Shown here one piece after another: positions 1-10,059 of a DNA stretch of 13,790 nucleotides (the first letter of the stretch is position 1; each line of letters opens with the position of its first letter). The notes under the pieces are model-generated. The model made no database searches, was not told the DNA's origin, and saw nothing but the letters and a program-made list of their open reading frames with translations. A program made the translations under genes and the position numbers. Origin of the DNA: Azolla caroliniana. Taxonomy: Eukaryota > Plantae > Polypodiophyta. Location of the stretch: the NCBI GenBank assembly GCA_043228905.1, contig JBHGNT010000927.1, forward strand, positions 1 to 13,790. Direction: 5' to 3'.

Positions 1-630
1 ATACAATACATGAGGAGAGTCAAGTCTCCATTGGTCTCTCTCTCTCCTCTCTCTCTCTCATAGTTCTTGTGTGGAATGCATACATACAATACATGAGGAG
101 AGTCAAGCCTCCATTGGTCTCTCTCTCTCATTGTTGTTGTGTGGAATGCATACATACATACATACATACATACATACATGAGGAGAGTCAAGTCTCCATT
201 GGTCACTCCCTCTCTCTCTCATTGTTCTTGTGTGGAATACATACATACATTACATGAGGAGAGTCAAGTTTCCATTGGTCACTCCCTCTCTCTCTCTCTC
301 ATTGTTCTTGTGTGGAATACATACATACATGCATACATACATACATACATATATACATACATTACATGAGGAGAGTCAAGTTTCCATTGGTCACTCCCTC
401 TCTCTCTCTCTCATTGTTCTTGTGTGGAATACATACATACATGCATACATACATACATACATATATACATACATTACATGAGGAGAGTCAAGTCTCCATT
501 GGTCACTCCCTCTCTTTCTCATTGTTCTTGTGTGGAATACATACATACATGCATACATACATAGATACATACATGCATGCATGCATGCATACATACATAC
601 ATACAATGATACATGAGGAGAGTCAAGTTC
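1..630. repeat. Compound minisatellite: conserved core CATGAGGAGAGTCAAGT(C/T)TCCATTGGTC, then (CT)n, ATTGTTCTTGTGTGGAAT and a variable (CATA)n tract; 7 copies, may continue off the left edge
   Basis: Core starts at 9, 92, 177, 253, 365, 477 and 612 (periods 83, 85, 76, 112, 112, 135). The last copy is truncated after GTCAAGT. The overlapping HTYI-repeat ORFs are translations of the microsatellite. Confidence 0.95.
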
Positions 631-912
631 TATAACATACACTCTTCTTCTTTTAAGTTTGCAGTGTTGTGTAAGGCAGGACCCTACACGAGAAAAATGC
701 TCTTTTCGTGTTTGATTTCATTCAGAACCCTAAAAGAAACACCACCGTGAAGGAACAGAGTTTGGAAAGCAATGAAGAAAGAATAGGTCCGGGTGAGTGT
801 GCAAGAAGAAAGCACACAGAACAAAGCCTTCCTCACTACCACTACCTCTGCATTCACATGTATGTATCTTTTATAACAATACTGTAGAATGGTCTTCTCT
901 TCAAATCTAGTG

Positions 913-994
913 TATAAAATCATACCGAGTCTTCATCCAACCTCATCATCTTCCTCTTCTTCTTCTTCTTCTTCTTTTCCATCCCAAACCCTAA
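913..994 (+). promoter_or_regulatory. Candidate core promoter / 5' leader start of the thioredoxin gene: TATAAAAT, (TCT)n tract, telo-box
   Basis: TATAAAAT at 913-920, pyrimidine (TCT)n run at ~948-976, AAACCCTAA at 986-994. No ATG on the + strand from 892 to 1677. Confidence 0.5.
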
Positions 995-1117
995 TTCTAC
1001 ATTACCTTTTCCCACTTGTTTATTCCTGTTGATTCTTTGGGTTGTTTTTTTTTATACGGGAAAGAACACTCTGATTCTCAAGAGCCTTGGATTTCTTGGA
1101 TTAAAAAAAAAAAAAAG

Positions 1118-1612
1118 GAACCCTAATTCTTGGGTTTCCTGATCAAAGAAGACCCCCTTGATTCTTGGGTTTCCCGATCAAAGAAGACCCATAATTCTTG
1201 GGTTTCCTGATTAAAACCCTGGCTCTGTAGATTTTTTTCTTGGCCTACTTGATAGACAAAAACCCCACTGTGTTTGTTTTCCAGATAAAAGCCCTAGTTC
1301 CTGGGTTGCCAGGTAAAACCCTAATTGTTTGAGTTGCCAGAGAAAACCCTCATTCTGGGTTTTCTGATCAAGACCCTATTTTTGAAGATTGGCGGCTTGC
1401 CCCATTCAAATCCTGATTCTGAATATTCATAGGTTCTCCTAAAAAAACTCTAATTTTATTAAACAAAGCCCTGATTCTGTGTATTCTTCCGTTACCTCTT
1501 CTGCATATTGTAAGAAACTATAATTCTAAGTTGCTCATCAGAAAACTCTAATCCTACATATTCTTGGGTTATTTGATAATAAGAAAAAACCCGAACTCTG
1601 CAAAACCCTGTT
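1118..1612 (+). repeat. Degenerate ~30-35 bp telo-box-like tandem repeat (AACCCTAATTCTTGGGTTTCCTGATCAAAGAAG) upstream of the thioredoxin ATG
   Basis: Three close copies at ~1118, 1151 and 1186. More diverged copies at ~1288, 1316 and 1343, with remnants to ~1610. Confidence 0.75.
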
Positions 1613-1677
1613 TTCTTAATAATAACAACAAAAATAATAAATACACAAGTAACAGGTAGCCCTTATTTTGTGAATCG

Positions 1678-3453
1678 ATGGCACAGAACCTTCAAAGAAC
1701 CTTATGCAATATCTCTTCTTTTCCAAAGTCATCTCATCCGAATCATACTATGAGCCAAAGAAATACTTCTAATTTGTTCGTCGAGAAGTTCAGATCTAGG
1801 AATTCTTATAGATCTCATCATCTCAGAATGGTTGAAAGATTCTCCTTTGATAGAGATGAGTTCTTTAAAATCCAGAAGAAATCTCTTCTTCTTCCACATG
1901 CCCAATCAGCTGAAATCCAGGTATGAACAATCTTAACCATTTTTTCGTCTCATATATTTAGGTATACGTATTTTTCATGCTATTGATGTGCACATGTAGT
2001 TTGATCAATCGGTTGTGTATGGAATCACGTCTTTGGTGTTAGTTTGGATGTGTTTTATGGCATGATAGGCATCAAAGATGTATGTGATGATACCAGAACA
2101 GAAAGTGTGTTTTACAACATGAGAGTGATGGGATATGTTTGTGATGATTAAATAACTTGTTTTACAACATGAGAGGTATGACTATAGATGCGTTCTATAA
2201 CATGAGAACGATTGGTTATGTATGTGATGATGCTTCTGGCATCATTAGATGATTTGTTTTACAACTCGAGAATAATGGTATGTGAATTTGATATTGCTGG
2301 GGACCATGATTCCAGTATCATTACAGATGGGAGTCAGCATGAAAACCAGTGAGAATATGCGGTGGTATCGTTATGAAGATGTGTTTTACAACGTGAGAAG
2401 TGGGTTTCTACATGATCATTTGGATTCAGAGATGGAATCATCGAAAGGGGGCTTGTTAAGTGGAAACAAGAGAATATGCTCAGACATGGAGTGGCTAGCT
2501 AGGAACTTACCAATGAAGAGTAAATGTATTTGAATAGAAATTTGTCTTCCTTGTTGGTGGTGGTGCTAGGTGAACATTAGCATCAGGATTGAATACTAAC
2601 TAGTAATTACCTTAACTAAAGAATAAGAGAGCTCAGATAGGATAGCTTACCCTAATAGCCATGAAACCTGCCTTCATCTACTTGACGAGGTTATGTGCAT
2701 GCTATTAACAAGACCGAGTGTCAATTTTCATAAGCTGCCATTGAAGGTCACAGTGGTGGCTTGTAAAAAAACATCCTTCAAATGTGCTACTAAGTTAAAG
2801 TCATGCAGATAAAATAAATTCTATGATTTGGCTATATAGATTGGATGAAATTTTATAATGCATTGTTATCAGGATCAAACGGCACCCGTATCTGCATGCG
2901 ATGATGATGACCATTCTCCCAAATGGTGGGAAAGAGATTTAGGTATTACCTTGAAAGATGTGCATTCTACCCAAGAGCTGGAGGAGATGATCATGGAAGC
3001 TGAAGGAAAACTTGTAGTAGTAGAGTTTTTTGCGAGTTGGTGTGGTTCTTGTAGGGCTTTGTATCCAAAGGTACTATGGCTATAATTATCAATCTTGATT
3101 TTTCAATGTTAATGGAAGTTTGAATAAAGACATATTGTACTGTTTTTTTGCCAGTTATGCAAACTTGCAATTGAGCACAAAGACGTCGTCTTTGCTAAAG
3201 TAAACTTTGATGAGAGTAAACCACTTTGTAAGAGCCTAAAGATAAAAGTGCTTCCATACTTCCACTTCTATCAAGGAACATTCGAACAAGTAGATTCATT
3301 CTCTTGCAACCTTTCAAAGGTTAGAAATCTCATTGTTGTCCTCAAAAACAAGAATCTTTTTTCTGAAGTTTTTCCAACTTATATTTACCAAGTTTTCCTT
3401 TGATCTTCTAGTTGCAAAAGCTAAAGGATGTTCTTGCTAAATATACTGTTTAA
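1678..3453 (+). CDS. ACHT: Atypical Cys/His-rich thioredoxin (ACHT1/2-like, thioredoxin-like 2, Lilium type), probably chloroplastic; exons 1678-1920, 2873-3070, 3155-3319, 3412-3453; 215 aa
   Basis: All three introns are GT..AG and phase 0, and the joined ORF is intact, ending in TAA at 3451-3453. It contains PKWWER, VVVEFFASWCGSCRALYPK|LCKLA, KVNFDESKPLCKSLKIKVLPYFHFY and SFSCNLSK|LQKLKD, typical of the ACHT family. The Ser/Arg-rich exon 1 resembles a transit peptide; exon 1 is inferred from frame and splice-site fit. Confidence 0.92.
2051..2398 (+). repeat. Bipartite degenerate direct repeat in thioredoxin intron 1 (motif A TGTTTTACAACATGAGA x6; motif B ATGTATGTGATGAT x3)
   Basis: Motif A at 2051, 2108, 2158, 2191, 2255 and 2382. 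Motif B at 2078, 2135 and 2218, each starting 27 nt after an A start. Confidence 0.75.
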
Positions 3454-3630
3454 GCATGAGGATTACAATCAACACAATATATCAAGAGGGGAGGAGATGC
3501 AATTTACTATTGCATAGGTGGGATCTACATGAATATTTTTGAAATTTAGATAAAAAAGAAATGTTATTGGATCAATTTTACAAGCAACAGTATATACCAC
3601 ACAGTCAGTACAAAATTTTATTGATAACAT

Positions 3631-3653
3631 GAGAGAGAGAGAAAGAGAGAGAG
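3631..3653. repeat. (GA)n microsatellite 3' of the thioredoxin stop
   Basis: GAGAGAGAGAGAAAGAGAGAGAG. Confidence 0.8.
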
Positions 3654-4884
3654 GCTTGTCCTTGCAATTTGTTTACAACTGTTAAAACTATTCATATGTA
3701 TTATAGCATATCAACCTGTAACTTACGAGTTGTGTTCAGTCTTTCTCTACACAATCACTAATAACAAGACACTACTCAATCATGAATAACAATTGCTTTA
3801 CAAGTTTTGCTTCTTGTAGTGTAAAATTGTACATAAGATACAATCTCATAATCCCCCAATACCACAAGAGCTCAAAAACTATATGGAAGTGATTAAATGA
3901 AACTTGAAATTACTTGTGAGAAAACTCATTTCAAAGGGGTTTTCATGCACCAAAATAGAAGCCCGCTCTGTAGATTTCTGTAAGTCCAGACCAAGTTATG
4001 TTTTGTGCTGTTGAGTCATCTTAGATGGTGGTAATTTATACTCTTCTTCCTAATCCAATCTTCAAACTTTTGCAAAAAATGCTACCAATTGCAATTGTGT
4101 TGTAAAGTCTACATAAATCTTGGGATAAATTCATGTCTTTTAACATGGTTCAACAGTCTGTGTAGTTCTTGGACTAGTACGATATAAATTCAATAACTAG
4201 ATATTCATGATTAACATGTTTCAATTTGGTTCCAATAGCATTAAATGTCGATGACCAAGAGCATCATGTTCTTAGAGGGAACACCACAGGAATTTTTTCG
4301 CTTTTTATTACAACATTCTAATCATTTCAATTTTAACAGCAAAGACTAGTAAACTTTGTTAGACGAGTTACTTCCATGAAAAACACAGTTTGCTATCTTT
4401 AAATATTCCTCAAAAGGAAGTAACATCCTCACCATTCAAATCATGACCTCAAACATATAGCAAGTACAGGCATTTGTAGGTGATTTTCCAGCAGAACTGC
4501 TTTATTTAATGTTTTCTAACTGAAAACAAAGTCATTCTAAAGAGAAAGCAAAATAAGAATCATGTTGCTGAAAACAAAGACGAGGATATGTTCCCAAAAT
4601 TGAACAAACATTTCTAATTGCACTCAAATGTACATCATGCCGACCAAAATAATGTATCTATTCTAATGTAAATGAAAAAAATGTATTATGCTGCTGTTCA
4701 CCCATAATCCAAATCAAAACGAGAAGCGTACATTTTGATATACCATGTTTCATGTACGCATCAGAGGCTATGCGTACATTCCATCTCCAATATACAATGG
4801 GAGAAACATCCTTTCTTTGTCTGAAAAGGAAGCAATTGCTTGGTTCCTGTGAGTATTCAAAACTTCATTGCAACATGAACACAT

Positions 4885-6424
<1,540 letters not shown>

Positions 6425-6437
6425 CTATCTCAATCTC

Positions 6438-6500
6438 CGTCTCTGTTTCTCTGTCTCTCTGTTTCTCTGTTTCTCTGTGACCCTGTTTCTCTGTGTGTGA
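6438..6500 (-). repeat. GA-rich simple repeat (AGAGAAAC-like) in the DIM1 5' leader
   Basis: The plus strand shows repeated TCTCTGTT/TCTCTGT units immediately upstream of the DIM1 ATG. Confidence 0.8.
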
Positions 6501-6532
6501 TGGGTGTCTGAATCTCTGTGTCTGAGACCAAG

Positions 6533-6672
6533 CCTTATATTTTTGTTCATTTATGTTTTAGGGTTTTTTTTTGTTTTGTGATTTTATTTAGGGTTTTGAT
6601 CTGATTTAGGTTTGCAATTAGGGTTTTCGATCCCTGTGGGTCGTTCGGCTGGGCGGGGGTAACGGGCGGGCA
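6533..6672 (-). promoter_or_regulatory. DIM1 promoter: TATA-like element, three telo-boxes (AAACCCTAA) and GC-rich site-II-like motifs
   Basis: TTAGGGTTT at 6558-6566, 6588-6596 and 6618-6626. ATATAAGG on the minus strand at 6540-6533. TGGGTC/TGGGCG/GGGCGGGC at ~6637-6671. Telo-box plus site II is the established signature of plant ribosome-biogenesis promoters. Confidence 0.7.
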
Positions 6673-6717
6673 AGATTCACCCTTAGAATCAATGGCATAG
6701 TCTTTTATCGAGTGAAC

Positions 6718-6990
6718 CAGGAATCGGCAACGGTTTCACCGTAACTGGCTTGGCCTTTTCCAAACCAAACCGATTAAACCTTAATCGGTTTGGAAGCTTT
6801 CAAACTTGAACCAAACCGGTTCCTTTCTAAACCGGTTTAGCCTTAACTGGTTTGGGCATATCCGATTCTATTCGGCCAAACCGGTTTGTGAAGCTCAAGC
6901 CTAAACCGAGCTGAACCGAACCACCAAACCATTTTGATAAACGGTTTAACGGCTCAGTTGAGGCTTGAACCTAGTTGTTGCCGACTCCTA
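6718..6990. mobile_element. Non-autonomous hAT-type MITE, 273 bp
   Basis: 14-bp TIRs: CAGGAATCGGCAAC (6718-6731) vs TAGGAGTCGGCAAC (reverse complement of 6977-6990), 12/14 match. 8-bp TSD: GAGTGAAC (6710-6717) vs GATTGAAC (6991-6998), 7/8 match. The interior is packed with AAACCG/CGGTTT motifs and has no coding capacity. Confidence 0.85.
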
Positions 6991-7576
6991 GATTGAACAA
7001 TGGGACATGTGTCACACATGTAGCAAGCTAGAGTAGTAAGGCTTCTTGTTTTTATGGATCATCATCAATTATTGGAGTTTTCGTGCCTTTGTTCAATCAT
7101 GGGCATAAAAAAAAATGTTTTACGAAATGTAGAATGTCGAGGAGCAAACTAGAAACCTTTATAATTGTAGCATTGTGGAAATAGAAACAAGTGCCTATAG
7201 TTTGGGTCACAATAGTCCCCGTTGTTGTGTTTACATTACATACCACCTCCATCCACATCAGATCAACCAACATGAATCAAAGGAGTGCGTACTTCTCTCG
7301 AATCCAATATTCGTTCGCAAACATGCTATATAAAAGTTAACGATCATCGTTCATAACGAATGTGCTTGGTGGTTTCCGGAAGTAAGCAAGCATGCTCCTT
7401 CAAAACTTTGTGGATTTGAGCCGAGAACCCACCAGGAAACACAAACCATCTCTAGAGCTTTATATATAGATGTTAAAACAAATGATGAAAGAAGATAAAA
7501 ATCAAAACAACAAAAAATGTGCGTTTCTCTTAAAAAAGCAAATACCAGGCTAATGACATGTTTTTTTTCCTAACTA

Positions 7577-7616
7577 CCACGTGTCAAATTAATGAAAGTT
7601 AAATACCTAATGCATG
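7577..7616. promoter_or_regulatory. G-box/ABRE plus RY core upstream of the SDH2 pseudogene
   Basis: CCACGTGTC at 7577-7585 and TGCATG (CATGCA on the minus strand) at 7611-7616, ~215-250 bp before ATG 7829. Confidence 0.45.
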
Positions 7617-7828
7617 GGTTACACGAATCACTATTTCCCTCCCCCTTCTCTCTTGTCTCTCTACTCACATCATATTGTTAATTGTTAATCCTTCTCATTT
7701 CACTCATTAATTACAAGCTTCTTAACATATAGCATTTAATGATTAATTTCATCCCTAATCATTCATACCATACTATGGTGCCCCCTTGCAACAATAATGT
7801 CGTTGCCTTGATTCGGCGATCGGTAAAC

Positions 7829-9835
7829 ATGTCTGCAATGCTCCTTCAACCTCCTATAAGTAATAATAATCTAGTATACGTCAAATCTTGTTGGCATTGG
7901 CAATGTGCGCAATCGAACTTAATAAAATGTCATACCTTGGTTAGAGGATTCTCAAGAAAAGTGAGCCCTGACATGGAAGAGGTGGCCAATATCTGTGACG
8001 TGTCCTGATCTACCCTTTCTCTTCTCTCTTAGAAGAGAGTAAAGGAATTCCAAGTTTACCAATGGAATCCCGAGACCCCAAGCAAACCTTACATGCAATC
8101 ATTCCAAATCGACATAAGTGAATGTGGACCAATGGTAAGCTTGTCATCATTTTGAGTCAATTAATTATATTTCAAGGTGTAGAATCTTTCTCTTAATTTT
8201 GTAAGGCATTTGATAAAATACATGGACTCTCATCTAGTTGTAACTTGTAAGAGAGGATTTTATGAGTCTTGTTTTCTAAATTTATATGTTTTTTGGTGGC
8301 TAAATAATATCCATCCATCTCTTTCCTCATACATATGACTATTCCCAAATATGAATTACCAATTGAGAGGATTGTTGATGATATTATATTACAAAGTACA
8401 TTTTGACAAAATATGTGCTTCAAAACGCATTCGTTCGATGATATAACATAATTTACTTGCTATAACTGTTTTTCATGTTCCCAAATATGGGGAAATGATA
8501 AGTTTACATGTTGAGCATATAGGATAGCAATTATTATAAACGTTGCTATAAAGCCAAGAGAATCCCTTGGATGGCTGTTGGAGCCCCATTGCCATTTCAG
8601 TGCTATAATTCTCATAGGATTTACATTTTGACCATAGTTTCGTTTTACGCCATATGGCCAGATGGATCGTGGCTACTATTAGGGATTGAGAGATTCGCCG
8701 ATGTAATTTGTTTCCCTCAATGGGTATGTACATATCTATTTCATGCCATGAAGGAACCATGTTATGTCACATCATGAAGGAACCATGTTTACTCATATAT
8801 GTTTAGCTAGCATTAAAACAAATGTTTGGGTTATGAATTGTTTGTTTTGGTAATAAATTAGGAAAAACCCTTTCAATCATTTGTGTTTGCTATTATAATG
8901 ACCTTGGCATTAGTAATTGATATTTACATATTTTGTGATACATTCAATATCAGGTACTTGATGCTCTTCACAAGATAAAGTCTGAGCATGATGCTTCGTT
9001 AACATTTTGACGCTTGTCGAGAAGGGGTTTGTGGCTCATGTTCAATGAACATCAATGGAGTAAACGCTCTTGCATGTCTATGTATGATCAATCCAAACAT
9101 AACAAAACCACAAGTAGTGAGGCCACTTCCCCATCTCTACGTCGTCAAAGATTTAGTGGTTGATTTAACCCATCTTTATCAACAATACAAGTAAGTTATC
9201 ATTGGGGATAACTATTTTAAAAATCTAAACTTAGGTTTAAAATGTGAGTGTGTTTCTATTACCTAATCAAGTTTTTTATGTTCTTACATTTCTAGTATTC
9301 TAAAGTGTGAAATGGTTTGGCTTAGGGCTTATCGAACCATGGTTGAAAACTAAGAAGCCCTCATATGGGAAGGAGTACAATCAATCCATACTACAACGTG
9401 GAAAACTAAATGGTTTGTATGAATGTATATGTGCTTTTGTTGTAGTTCTGCTTGCCCATCATATTGGTGGAATTCGGATCGATTTCTAGGACCAGCAACT
9501 TTGATCAATGCTTCTCGATGGATTCAAGATAGGTAAGGGAAATATTTAATCATTTCACTACAAATTGCACTTCAATTCATGTCAGTCAAATAGATTTATC
9601 AATTTATATTCATTAATGTACCTTCTCATCTATGTTGTGAACAGTAGGGACAACTACACAAAGGAAAGGTTGGATTCACTATTCGATTTTTGGGCGACAT
9701 ATCGTTGCAAATTTATAATGAATTGTGCAAGCCACATGCCCAAAACATCTTAACCCTGGGAAGGCAATTCATCAAATCAAAGCGATGCAGATTGAGTCCG
9801 CCCTCAATAGTAAGGGCCAAATGTTTGAAAATTAG
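7829..9835 (+). pseudogene. SDH2: Mitochondrial succinate dehydrogenase iron-sulfur subunit (SDHB), SDH2-3-like, unprocessed pseudogene; exons ~7829-8134, 8954-9190, 9326-9532, 9645-9835
   Basis: Reconstructed protein: [15 protein letters not shown]|[47 protein letters not shown]|/[37 protein letters not shown]|RD..YRCKFIMNCA/ATCPKHLNPGKAI. Stops at 8006, 8030 and 9008; frameshifts at ~9014 (-2), ~9326-9330 (+1), ~9430 (-1) and ~9730 (+1). The GT-AG introns are intact. The start codon is uncertain (7829, or in-frame 7739). Confidence 0.93.
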
Positions 9836-9854
9836 ACAACAATATTGTAGAATA

Positions 9855-10050
9855 GTAGTTCCTATCACCAGGCAAACAATGAGTGCGACGATTTGAAGTC
9901 CAAGAATGGTAACATTCATTGAAATGTTGCATTATTTTTTTTGTCCAATTGTAGTTCCTATCAATAGGCAAACAATGAGTGTTCGTGGACGATGTGAAGT
10001 CCAAGAATGGTAACGTTCATCAAAATGTTGCTTAAAAATATTTGTCCTTG
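9855..10050 (+). repeat. Two-copy ~96-100 bp tandem duplication just 3' of the SDH2 stop
   Basis: GTAGTTCCTATCA..AGGCAAACAATGAGTG..GACGAT.TGAAGTCCAAGAATGGTAAC.TTCAT..AAATGTTGC..TTTGTCC, starting at 9855 and 9951. Confidence 0.9.
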
Positions 10051-10059
10051 TAAGCCCAA

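Noticed and set aside
1-630. CRISPR-like repeat-spacer appearance and His/Tyr-rich repeat ORFs
   Set aside because: The spacers are (CATA)n/(CT)n microsatellites of variable length, the context is eukaryotic and there are no cas genes. The ORFs occur in several frames as repeat translations.
2078-2231. Three GTGATGA (box C) motifs suggesting an intronic snoRNA cluster
   Set aside because: No CTGA box D at suitable distances; the motifs are part of a degenerate repeat.
7140-7450. Slightly GC-richer stretch between the MITE and SDH2
   Set aside because: No ORF, TIR/TSD or motif that I could identify.
8473-8777. Opposing short ORFs in SDH2 intron 1, possibly a nested gene or TE remnant
   Set aside because: No recognisable motif (not rps14-like, no clear reverse transcriptase or transposase); cannot be supported without a database search.
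8006-9010. All three premature SDH2 stops (TGA, TAG, TGA) could be repaired by U-to-C RNA editing, as in fern and hornwort organelles
   Set aside because: The gene is nuclear with spliceosomal introns and also has four frameshifts. C-to-T deamination of CGA/CAG codons is the simpler explanation.
9326-9432. +1 and -1 frameshifts in SDH2 exon 3 might compensate each other
   Set aside because: The shifted frame hits TAA within about ten codons, and the upstream lesions remain.
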